A stretch of DNA of 50,663 nt, the filler included, from Basidioascus undulatus (Eukaryota): assembly GCA_000826855.1 (NCBI GenBank). It is 3 parts of 3 records of this genome, joined end to end, with 100 filler letters (N's around TTAATTAATTAA, not from the genome) between each part and the next. Parts side by side here need not be neighbours in the genome. Positions count along the whole stretch, not along the records: positions 1 to 16,839 come from JTLS01000562.1; positions 16,940 to 33,761 come from JTLS01000563.1; 1 more part is not named here. One strand, 5' to 3'. Under the pieces are notes generated by a model. That model was not told the origin of the DNA and made no database searches. It saw only the letters and a program-made list of their open reading frames with translations. Numbering within the stretch: the stretch's first letter is position 1; the number at the start of each line of letters is the position of its first letter. A program made the translations under genes and the position numbers. This document shows, in pieces, positions 11,756-22,837 of this stretch.

Positions 11756-14700
11756 TCAATGCTGCTGCTGCTGATGATTGTACTGCGAGTTGTCGGGCGG
11801 GTGCATCGAGTGCCCTTGGCCGGGCGTGGAGAGGTGGTGCTGCTGATGGTGCTGGTGATGGTGGTGCTCGGGGAACATGGTGTTGACTGGCGAGCCCGCG
11901 CGGCTGGGCCGAGGCGTGCCGCCCGGGGTGGCGAACCTGGGCGTGAGGTATCCGGAGCCTGTGAGCAGAAGGTATGGGAATCCGAAGAGCGTCAGCCCGC
12001 TCTTTCAAGTTTGGAGAGACCATCGGAGTCAAGATGAATCTTAGACTGAACTACGTACGCATCACTCCCCCGGACAGCGAGTCGAGCGGCCCTCCAAAGC
12101 CGGGCAGGAGGACGTTCTGCTCGTCGTGGCACCCCCATCGGTCAGCAGTCGCTCATGAAGGGAGCAGCAGAGCACACCTCGACGCACCTCCCAGAACCCG
12201 TTCTGGAACAGCGCGTCCATCGCCGCCGCCTGGTCTCCGAGCCCGCTGAGATCCATGGGCATGAAGTCGATCTGGCTTCCCTCTTGTCCGAAGCCGTCGA
12301 CTTGCCCGGGCGCGGCACCGTTTGTCGCCGCTCCGCCGGGGAACGCGACGCCCTCGAGCCCCTGGAAGCCGGCGAGGATGTCCTCGACGCCCGCCGCAGC
12401 AGGTGCCGGCGCCGGCTGAGCTGTCGTTTGAGGCACTGCGCCGTCCGCCGCGCCTGCGGTGGCAGCAGATGCGGATGTAGCCGCAGTCGAAGTGGTAGGC
12501 CTGGACATCGGGTGAGGACTCGGCGGGCGCGTCGGCGTGCCGTCATGCGGGGCCGAAAGCAGCGCGCGGAGGAAGGCCGAGTAGAGCGCGGGCGTGTGGT
12601 GCGGGTCGACGGCGATCTTGGCGAGCAGGTCGGCCATCTCGGTCACTTGCTTCATGATCGACTCCTCCGTCACGCCTGCCGCTTCCGAGTGCAGCTTGCG
12701 GAACTGCGGGCGGATGAACTTGAGGAGGGACACCTGCGTTGATCAATCGAGTCAGGTTAGCTCGAGAGCAATCGAGATGTCTCCAGCCCACAGCTCAAGG
12801 GGACGTACGCAGGCGTAGGTGATGAAGACAAAGTGAGCGTCGGTCGAGTACCGGAGCCAGCCGCGCGGGGCGAGCTCCTCCTTGGCGATGGTCAGCACAG
12901 CCGTCGCGAAGCCATAGCACTTGGAGAAGACTGCATCCAAGCAAGAAGAGTCAGATTGTGCCGTAGAGAAGGCAGAGGCGACGTTACGCACAGTAAGGCA
13001 AGTCGATCTCGCTGATCTCGAGCGCGTGCTGGAGGCCGAACGAGAAGATGGCGAGCGACCAGTAGTTGTAGTAGAAGAGGAAGAACGAGTTCAGGTAGTC
13101 GCGGACTTCCTCTGCATCCCCATCACGCCGCACACCTTTCAGCTCAAGCTCAACTTCGAGAAGATGGGCGAGAGAAAATGACGCACGAGGCAGAGCGTCC
13201 AGCTCGCCAGAAGCCAAGCGTGCGGCCGTCTTTTCTCTCCACTCTGTGAGCTGCGCCTCGAACATGGACGTGACGAGGAGGTAGTTGCAGTCCGTCACGA
13301 GGCCTGAGACGGTGCTCGTGCCCGAGTAGATGAAGTCCTACTCGCGGCGAGTCCTCGTTAGCTTATCGGTACGCACAGCATTCTCCGTAAGCGGTACAAG
13401 ACGCACGATCGACCGCGAGACAATCCGTTGCAGTTCCTGCATACGCCGAAGCTTGTGGTCAGCCAAGTGCCACGAGAAAAGATACCCGACACAAGCGAAC
13501 GCACGCAATACCCCGCAACGCCTGTGTCAGCCGGGTAGCCGACTGCCCACGACTGGGCGTTCCGGACGATGTAGTCCTCGCGCATCGAGATGCTCGACGG
13601 CTTGCCCATCTGCGCCGAGACGGAGCGGTCCTGAATGTAGCACATCAACCTGGCGTCCCGACCAAACCACAGTTCAGCAAGCACTCCGCAATTGCACCGA
13701 ACGGACGACGCACCAAGCCCTCTCCCGAATCCGGATCTCCCGCTCGCGCGCTGCGGCGTCCGCGCCGTCCACGATGGGCGAGACGGACTTGCGGTGGAGG
13801 TTGAGGTCCGTCGCGACTCTGCCGGCCACACCATCCAGGTCAGCCAACCCACCCTGTCCCACGCCTCCTTCGGTCCCCGCGGCTTCATACTCACCGAATC
13901 GCCAAACCAAGCAACAGCCAAGTCTTGTCCTCCTCGAAGCGCCTGCTCGGGCCGATGCCCCACATGACGAGAAGGAGGTAGGCCTATCCGCCGCACCGCG
14001 TCAGCATACAAGAAGTCGAACGGGTGAAACTCCGAGGACACGTCACGGACCAGAACGATCTCGACGCTCTTGAACCCCTGGCTGGGCACGTCGAACGCGG
14101 CCTTGCGCACGGCGGCGTTGAGCTTGGGCTGCAGCTCCGGGTGCTTGTCGTAGAACTTGCTCGAGACGGCACAGACTGTACATGCGTCCATTCAACCTTC
14201 AGTCTTTGCTCGCTAAGATCGAAATGAAAGAGCTGAAACGCACTGGCAGTGAGCAGGAACGGCGACCTGGAGCAGACGAGCTGGGGCGTGTGGAACTCGC
14301 GCTCGAGCAGACCGCAGTGGACTGTTTGCCATCCGCATCAGCATCGTGCAAGGCTATAACGCTCGGGGAGGAGGTGCGGCAGACAAGGGGAGGAAGGACG
14401 CACTGTTGATGTGGCTAAAGTAGATCTGGAACAAGTCCCCGACGTTCTCAGACGTCAAGAAGCTCAGAATCTCCGGCTGGACCTGGCGCTCAATGAAGAT
14501 TCTGCGCAGGGGGAGCATCGACATCGGACCTGCGCACCCGGCACCCATCGCTCCACGTCAGCCTTGCGCGTTCCAGCTTTCTATTCAGAAGAAGCATCCA
14601 CCAGGCCTGTAGTACTCCTGGCTCGCCACGCCGACGCCGCCCGAATTCCGCTCCGCAACGATCGCGTCCGCCTCCTCCTCCTTCACAACGCTCTCCTCTC

Positions 14701-16205
14701 CGTCCTGCGCGGTCTGCGCGCCGCTCACCGTGCCCGCAGGGCTCGCCCCCGAGCCGGCCTGGCCAACGTCCTTCGCCGATCCGACACCGACGCTCGCAGG
14801 GCGCACGCTCGCGCGCATGCTGCTCCGCCTGTTGCGAAGGCTGGCCTCAGCGAGCAGCCCGAGCGGGTTGAGCGTGTTGTCCGGGAGGCTGTGGAGCCTC
14901 GGGGAGCGCGGGCGGTGGGGCGGGCTAGGCGCCGGGGACGCCGCAGCGGCGGAGACGAGGTGTTCCATTGGTGTTGGAGCAGCGCCGGAGCCGGGCCCGC
15001 TCCCTCCGGGAGGGCCGGGCGTGCCGGACATGAGGCGCTCGAGGGTCTGCGCGCCGGTGGGGTTGAGCGGGACGCGGTTCGCCGCGAGCGACTCGAGCGG
15101 GTCGTTGGAGGATGTCCCGGGCGGCGCGCCGGAGGGCCGGCTCGACGAGGAGGACGAGCGCGGGATCGGGGACGCCATGGAGAGGGGCGGGAGCTGCGCG
15201 TGCGGAGGAGGCGCGTGAAGGTGCGCGTGCTCTGGCTCCGGCGTGGGCGAGCGCGTCAGCATGCCGGAGTTGAAGCCGGCGAAGCCGGGGTGGGAGATGG
15301 AGCGAAGGACCTGCAGATTAAAGCGCGAATGAGTCCCGGGGCTTTGTGAAGACAAGGCGTTGATGAAATGCGCACCGTGTCGAGCGTCTTCTCCATCTTC
15401 CTCAGACTCGCAGCCATCGCTTCCGTCTTCCTGCTCATCCAACGAAGGGAGCGATGAGTACGCAACACGCCGGGGGATAATCGACGGCTCCATACGCACT
15501 TGCTTGACCGCTTTCCGCGGTTGCTTTCCTCGAAGATGCACTCGTGCCCCCCGGTTCGGCAGCGCTTGCAGGGCGGGTCGTCTGCGTTCCGCAGTCATGT
15601 CAGATCCAGCTGGAAACAAGCGAGATGGAGTGATGTTTGCGCACCAGCCCCAATGCAGCGCATTTCTTTCGAGCGAACGACAGTTCCAGTCAGCACCCCA
15701 AAACCTGACGACATAGCATCCCAAGGAACAGCATCGACGTACTAACTTTCCGACAGACCAGGCACGCCCTCGCGCCCCGGGCCTGCTTCTCCTTCTTAGG
15801 CGGCGCCTCACCGTCCTGCGCCCCGGCATCCCCATTCGTCGCCTTCCCCTTGCCCTTTTCGTCAACCTTCCTCTTCTTCGCCGCCCCGCCCGCCGTGCTC
15901 CCACGGCGCTTGCTCGTGCTCCCCGCCTCGGACGTGTCGTCGTCGTCGTCCTCGCTCCCGCCCTCGTCGTCGTCGTCCTCCATTTCCTCGGGCGGCGGGG
16001 GGAGGCCGAGCGTCTGGAGCAGCGCGGCGGGGGAGATGGTGGGGTACCCGGGCATGCCTTGCGCGTGCGAGGGGTGCGGCGCCGCGGTGGGCGGGGGCCC
16101 GTAGCCGTAAGGGTGTCGGAGGAGGCTCGGGTGGATTTGCGCGGGTTGTTGGGTGCCGCCGTGTGGGAGGGGAAACTCGGGGGTGGGGGGAGGATGCGAG
16201 GACAT
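11756..16205 (-). CDS. Zn2Cys6 fungal-specific transcription factor, PriB-like
   Basis: Spliced ARGARA-CLVCRKVKMRCIGADDPPCKRCRTGGHEC-IFEESNRGK (CX2CX6CX7CX2CX6C); middle region LFQIYFSHIN, FHTPQLVCSRSPFLLTA, GFKSVEIV, RVATDLNLHRK; His/Gln-rich C-terminus. Start uncertain: an upstream ATG at 16617 (MATTTTDY...) may be a first exon. Confidence 0.88.
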
Positions 16206-16839
16206 GGTGGTTGGTGCGGTTGAGGGGGTCGAGAAAGAAGACGAGGAGACGGCGGCGGTGTGCTGCTGCTGCTGCGAGTGGAGATGGCGGAGCGTCGCCT
16301 CCCAGTCGTCTTGGGTCGTCCTCCTCTTAGTCGTGTGCGGAGACGCGGTGTGCGTCGATTCAGGCGGAGTCTGTTCAAATAAATATCGAGGCGGCGACGA
16401 CGCGGAGGGGAGGGGAAGGGAAGGCAAGGGTCAGCCTGATGGTCGGCGACTGAAAGAGACCGAGCCCCGGCGGGAGCGGCACGAGAAAAGGAGGAAATGT
16501 CTCAGCGCGCGCCTGCACATCTTTGTCTGCGCTCGCGGCGCCGGTTGCGCTCGCGAGGAGGCCGGCCCAGTCGACCGCGCCCGCGCCCAGCTCATAGTCG
16601 GTGGTCGTCGTCGCCATGGCGTGGCTAGATTGGTGGGGCCTAGGAGGGAGGCTACTCACAGAGTTTTCAGGTCCTCGTCGAGAGCCGCGGGGTGCCGGCG
16701 ACGCGGTGGAGGCTGTCAGGTGAGAACGTGTCGATAATGTTGAGACTGGGCGCGGCGAACACGTCTCAAGGCGGCCGGACGTGGACGCGGCGGGCGGGGG
16801 AGTTCCAGGAGGAGGAGGGGGAAAGGAGGCGAGGGGATA

Positions 16840-16939
16840 NNNNNNNNNNNNNNNNNNNNNNNNNNNNNNNNNNNNNNNNNNNNTTAATTAATTAANNNNN
16901 NNNNNNNNNNNNNNNNNNNNNNNNNNNNNNNNNNNNNNN
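16840..16939. other. Artificial contig-joining linker (44 N + TTAATTAATTAA + 44 N)
   Basis: Exact 100-bp cassette with a palindromic spacer giving stop codons in all six frames; identical copy at 33762-33861. Confidence 0.97.
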
Positions 16940-16980
16940 CCATCCCCATCCCCATCCCCATCCCCATCCCTATCCCACCC
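16940..16980. repeat. (CCATCC)n low-complexity tract at the segment edge, within an Hsp78 intron
   Basis: CCATCCCCATCCCCATCCCCATCCCCATCCCTATCCCACCC. Confidence 0.75.
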
Positions 16981-17020
16981 AACCCATGTCATGGCTGACC
17001 TACCTTATTGTGTGGACCAG

Positions 17021-18246
17021 GCTACATCGGCTTCGAGGAGGGCGGACAGCTCACGGAGGCCGTCCGGCGCCGCCCGTACGCCGTCGTCCTGCTTGACGAG
17101 TTCGAGAAGGTGCGCTCCCGCGGGCAGAGGAAGGCCGTTTGGAGTAATGAGGTGCTGATGGTTTTGGATGCGCAGGCGCACAAGGAGGTCTCGAACATTT
17201 TGCTCCAGATCCTTGATGAGGGCAGCATCACCGAGTAAGCAGCCCTCTTCTTTCGCCGATTTCCTACTGTGCTGGGTCTGACGCCGCTTTTGTATCGCAC
17301 AGCTCCCAAGGCCGCAAGGTTGACTTCAAGTAAGCGAGCCCCGTCTCGTACTGTCGTCTTTCTGTATTTGGTGCTCACCCTCCCGCTCTAATGAAGGAAC
17401 ACCATCATCATCGCCACGTCCAACCTGGGGTCAGACATCTTGGCGCAGCCGTCGTCCACCGGCGCAGACGAGAACGTGACGCCCGAAGCGCGCGACGCGG
17501 TCATCTCCATCGTACAAGCGACGTACCCGCCCGAGCTCCTCAACCGGCTCGACCACCTTCTCGGTTCGTCTCTCTCCTTTGCGCCCCCTCCCTCTTCTCT
17601 CACCACTAAAGCGTGTGTATCCCGCCTCGCAGTGTTCAACAAGCTCGGCCGGGAACAGATCCGGGAGATCGTGCACCTGCGCCTGAACGAGCTGCAGGAC
17701 TACCTCAAGGACAAGCACGTCAAGCTCGACGTCGACGAGGCCGCGGCCGACTTACTGGGTAACGAGGGCTTCTCGTCCATGTACGGCGCAAGGGCGATCG
17801 CGCGTGTTGGTGCGTCATTTTCTGCTCGTATTCACCTTCGTACTGTTCTTTTGGTGCTGATGGCCATGGGAAATGATCGCCAGTTCGCGCCAAAGTCGCT
17901 AACCCGCTCGCGAAGAAGCTTATCACGGGCACGATCCGGGAAGGCGACACCGCTTACGTCCGTACCACCGGTGACGGAAAGGTGCGCTGCGTGTTATAGC
18001 AAAGATTCTCAAGAGCTAGGCTAACGCCTCGAGTATACCTCAGGACATCGAGATCCTTAACAACCATCCACCTGCGAAGAACCCGGACGTGCGTAACTTG
18101 CTTCACCCTTTCCGTCGATCTCGCGTCTGATCTCTGTTCTTGCGCAACTACAGGAGGTCAAGCCGATCGTGGATGACCTCCGCGCGGACGACATTGACGA
18201 CCCGGACCAGCACCAGCAGCACGGGGACGACCCGCACAGGCTGTGA
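17021..18246 (+). CDS. HSP78: ClpB-family disaggregase, mitochondrial Hsp78-like; 3' part only (second AAA domain and C-terminus)
   Basis: Spliced [94 protein letters not shown]; stop TGA 18244-18246. Hsp78 rather than Hsp104 is judged from remembered sequence. Confidence 0.85.
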
Positions 18247-18539
18247 AGCGACTGAATTTCACATCTTCCATGTCTTTCCTCTTTCTAGCACCTTATTTTT
18301 GAGCCCCCTTGCACGCAACCTTCTTCCATTCATTGTCGTTTGTAACCAGCACCGCATCCGCACCACTCAGATCGTTACCGTAGCTTTGTAGCATAGCTGT
18401 ATTCCTCACTCAAGCCAAATGCATTGTGTTAGTGCCATGCCGTTTCCTCTTACTTCTGTCAAAGTCCATGTTCGTTTCGCGTGCCAAGAAGGGTCCAAAG
18501 GACTGTTCAAGGGAAGGGGGCGAGCGTCTTGCTTGTAGC

Positions 18540-19661
18540 TCAGAGGTCCTTGCCCTGCGCCGTGCGCTTGCGCCCGAGGGAGGTGTAGTTCTTAAACTGT
18601 GTAGTAGAGAAAGGTTTCAGCTTGTGCAAGGACGAAAAAAACTCGGGCAAAAAAGGAAATAAAATGGGAAGGGACGCACCCAGAAGCCGGCGTTCAAGCT
18701 TGAACGCCGGCTCCGAGCAGGATCAGCAAGTGGTCTGGGCTGTTTGCTGATGGAGCAGGAAGACGCACTACGTCGCGAAGCCGAGCCAGGCCGCATACGG
18801 CGCAAGGAGGTAGGTAATGCGGTGATCGATGGGGTGGAGCTCGTACTGGAGGTCGTGACAACCACGTTATTACGATCGGTGGCCAGCTTCAGCAGTACAG
18901 TAGCAGTCGAATACGCACGATGGTCTTGCCGACGAGGCCGGTCAGGGTGACGAGGTTGACAAGCGCGGCGCCGGGCTGCTTGAAGCCTGTTTCAAGTACG
19001 TACGTGTACAGTTCGCTAGCTCAGTCTCGCGGTTTTCCGAGGAGGCGAACCCGGGTGCGCACCGAAGAAGAGGTACCTGGCCCGCCGGTAGCGCTCGTCA
19101 GTTTTCTCGATACAGCGGACGTGACAGGGGACGCACGACCAGAGGTTGTTGAGACCGAACTGCAGCCAGTAGTACGTCAGGCCGTTGCGGGCCTGCTCGG
19201 TCGTCGCCGGCGTCGCAGCGTGCTCGAGCGCCTTGGCGGCGAGGTGCGAGGCGTAGCCCATGCTCTGTTCGGCGCGTGTGTAGCTGATTGAGTCCCCATC
19301 TTCCCACCCCACTTAGCCACCAAAGAATTATTCGAAGACCCACCGCATACAGCGCCGGCCAGATGATGCCAAACGCCTGGCGGGGCGGCTCCGCCGGCGG
19401 GCGGCTCAGCGAGTCGTACCAGCCCGACTGGATAGCGTTGCTGTCGTCCCGTTATCAGTATCCCCCGAACAATACCCAAGTAAAAACTTAAACTTACCGG
19501 GTGATGATGCCGTTCGTCGCGCCCAGAACGACGGGGATCCCAACAGCAAGGACCGGGTTCCTGATGAGGAACGGAGCGTGAGCCACGGTGAGAAGACCGC
19601 GCACGCTTCACCGGTCGTACCTTGGGATCTCGTAGAAGATGGAAGGGAGGATAATAGGCAT
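18540..19661 (-). CDS. TSPO: TspO/MBR family translocator protein
   Basis: Spliced MPIILPSIFYEIPRNPVLAVGIPVVLG, WYDSLSRPPAEPPRQAFGIIWPALYASMGYASHL, YWLQFGLNNLWSYLFFG, LLAPYAAWLGFATYLNAGFW, all TSPO hallmark segments. Confidence 0.9.
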
Positions 19662-20008
19662 CTTTGATCGTTGAAAGTTGGTTCAGGTGGGTGTGTGGAG
19701 AGGGAAAGAAGCGAGTAGAGGAGCAGTACTGAGCGAGGGCCGGAAGGAGCGGTGTCCGGTGATCGTCGCGGCGAGGGTTCATGATGTCATTTCAGCCACG
19801 CGATTCTTCGTGATCGTTGAGTGTTGTTTCTTTGTAGACACACGGCACGTCCGCAGGTTGGGTGTGCAGGCAGCAAGAACGTTGTACAAGCAACAACAGC
19901 ATGGTGCATTCAACTCAAGAATCAAGTCAAGGGTCCTTCAACATCGGCCCTTCGGTAACGCTCAGTCATTCCTTCACCCTTCCATCAAAACCTCGCCCTT
20001 CCGAAGAG

Positions 20009-22735
20009 CTAGGCTGCAGACGCAATGTCGACAGTCAAAGGGTCCTGTGTGAGCAAGAGGAGACCACTTAGTTATCCATATTTCGGTGAGGCGCAAGAAG
20101 AAACTTGCCTTGCCCCCCTTGATCTCCTGGAGCGACGGCATCTTGTCGAGCCGCAGCAGCTCCGCCGTCTTCGATACGATCGGATCGCGCTGCATACTCG
20201 CGACCGCGACGATCTTGCCTTGCTTCGCATAGTACGCCACAAACTAGAGCAGTCGCTGTCAGCCCCTTTTCTCTTGCGAGAGGGCGGGGATGCCTGCCGC
20301 GCAAGCAACGCACGTTCAGCTCATCCAAGTTGCCGTCGATGTGCACCTCGTCGTAGCCCGCGCCGACGCCGACGTAGCGGAGCTGCTGGCCTTGCGCCGA
20401 CCAGAAGATGGGAACTGTAACGCAAAACGGGTATGGATGTAAATTTATGAGCCATGCTCTGGCAACTCTTGGTAAAACTCACCCTTTTCGAAAGGCTGTG
20501 GCTTGCCCGCGATGGTTTGCCCGACAGCACGCCCGTGGTTGGAGGCGACGTTCCTGCAATCCACCATCGCGTTGGCCTTCTGAGATGGTTGAGAGCATTC
20601 AAGAACAGAACGCACCAGTGCTCGATCCGCCTCGGCTCCCCAAGACCTTTCTGCGGGTACGTCGCGATGTCACCTGCGCCGCACTCACTCACGGTCAGTC
20701 CTCGTCTTGACACTCCTGAAATACGGCCGACAGGATAGATGACGCACCAACAGCAAACACGTCCTGCTGTCCCTTGACCTTCAGGAACTTGTCCACGCTC
20801 AGACTCTGGTCCTGCTCCAAGTTGAAACCGCTCTCCTTGAGGAAGGCAGTCTGCGGGGCGACGCCGATGCCGAGGACTGCGACGTCCGCAGGGAGGCGCG
20901 TGCCGTCCTTGAGGATGACGGCGCCGATAGCGCTGGAATCGGAGGCTGAGAGCAATGTTGCGCTTTCAATGAGCCTTCGGGCGAGAAAGGGCCGCAGAGT
21001 ACGAAGGAAAGCGCACAGGAAGGCTCGAAACGCTCGACAGTCTGCTTGGGGATGAACCGCACGCCTTGGGACTCGTGGAACTGGAATGGTTGCTCGTCAG
21101 TTCAGTCGAGTCTCGAGAGACAGCCAGGAAGAAGACAAATGCCTGCAAGCACCTTCTTCAAACCCGCGCCAACCTCCTTCCCCAGCACGGCCTCGAATGG
21201 ATACCTGGGCACTCAAAGGTCAGCAGCGGAATAAACGAAGACAAGAGAGAGGTATCACTTACTCCTCCATGCCCACGACAGTCAGGCTGGCCAGCGTACG
21301 CTTGGACGCAGCAACCGCGACTTCCTGGAAGTGTCGACCAGTTTCAGCAGCTGTGGCGAGTCGACTAGGAGTTTCTGCCACTCGCTTACCATGGAGATGA
21401 AACTGGAACCAACGATAACTACGTGCTTGCCCTCTTGAAGGTCTAATTTGCGAAGAAGTGTAAGCATGGAGAGCGTGTCTGTCTGTCGTCGCTGAAGGCG
21501 TCGCGCTCACCAGAGTCCAGAGCCTTGCCGTGGTCGACACGGCGGACGACGTGGATGTGCTTGAGGTCTACGCCGTCAACAGGGAGCTGAAGGCACTTCG
21601 GTCAGTCTCTGAGCGCCCTCGAAGTGCTATCCAGACCTCGGGACTCTCACCTTCCTCGGCCACCCGCCCGTAGCGAGCACGAGGGTGTCGTACTTGACCT
21701 GCTCGCCCTCCGAGGTCGTAACGGTCTTCAAAGTAGTGTCGACCTTGGCGACCTGCGTGCCGAGGCGGAGCTCCACACCGAGGTTGCCCTTGAGCGTGTT
21801 CTCGTCGCGCCAGAGGAGCTTCTGCGCGTCGCCGATGAGCGCCTTGGAGATCTTGGTGCGGTCGATGGGCGGGTATTCCTCCGAGGAGAGGACGGTGATC
21901 GCGCCCGCGAAGCCGTGCTGCAGAAAGCAAGCGGGATAATTAGAATGTTTCGTGAAAAGGGGATGGGATAGAATGGAAGGTGCACCTCGCGGAGGCTCTC
22001 GATGGTGTGGATCGCGCCGGCACCACCGCCGACGATGACGACGCGCGGGCTGGAGGTGAAGGAGGTTTGGGAGACCTTGCACGGGAGACGGCCCGTCTTG
22101 GACTTGAGCTTCTCCTCATCCGCAGTCACGACGATTTTGCCGTCCTTGATTTCAGCCTGTGCGCATGCATTCCGTTCCCGCGTTTCAGCTTCCTGCTGCT
22201 TCTCGCCGCACATACGGCCCGAGGGAGGCAGATGTTTACGCACCTTGTAAGAATGCAGCGCATCCAACCCGGGCCCGTCCTCGATGTCTCCGCTCTTCAC
22301 GTTGAAGCAGGCGCCATGCCAGGGGCAGACGACGCGGCCGGAGTTGGAGAGGACGCCCTTGGCCAGCGGCGCTCCGTAGTGGGTGCAGGTCGCACTGGTA
22401 GCGTATACCTGAAGTTATACAGTGATGTGTCGATCTTGAGTGGTCGATCAAGGGAAGCCATCTCAAAGAATTACGCACCTTGCCGTTCAGCTTGGAGAGC
22501 AGGATCTTGCCCCCGCCGACCTCGACTTCCTTCCTGCTCGACCAACGCTCCATTCAGACCACCAACTTCCCAACTCAAACATGTGTGAAGGCACTCACAG
22601 CTGGCCGTCGTTGAGCTCGCTGGCGGGGAGGACTTCGAAGGTGGACATTGCGCGTGCGATGGGGTTGCGGAAGCGGAGGAGGTGCTTGATGTTGGGTAGT
22701 GTGGGGAGTGGGCGGCGGGTCACGGTCGAGAGCAT
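20009..22735 (-). CDS. Rieske-domain FAD-dependent pyridine nucleotide-disulfide oxidoreductase (AIFM3/AIF-like)
   Basis: Rieske motifs CTHYGAPL and VCPWHGACFN; VVIVGGGAG; PIDRTKISK; YDTLVLATGG; VVIVGSSFISME; DVFAVGDIA; RIEHW; PIFWSAQGQQLRYVG; ends DPLTVDIASAA-stop. Confidence 0.92.
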
Positions 22736-22814
22736 GGAAGTGATTGAAGGTCAAGCGGGAGGCTTCACGAACGGCAGCAGTATGACTGCACGCTGCACAT
22801 CATCATTGCCAGTC

Positions 22815-22837
22815 CCGCGCGGAGGAACTCCGCGCGG
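22815..22837. promoter_or_regulatory. Perfect 10-bp inverted repeat 80 bp upstream of the AIF-like start; candidate Zn2Cys6-type site
   Basis: CCGCGCGGAG-GAA-CTCCGCGCGG; each arm holds palindromic CCG-N2-CGG; function inferred only. Confidence 0.35.

Noticed and set aside
16884..16895. TTAATTAATTAA palindrome as a biological site (for example a piggyBac TTAA target)
   Set aside because: Centred in exactly 44+44 Ns and repeated identically at 33806-33817, so it is an assembly linker
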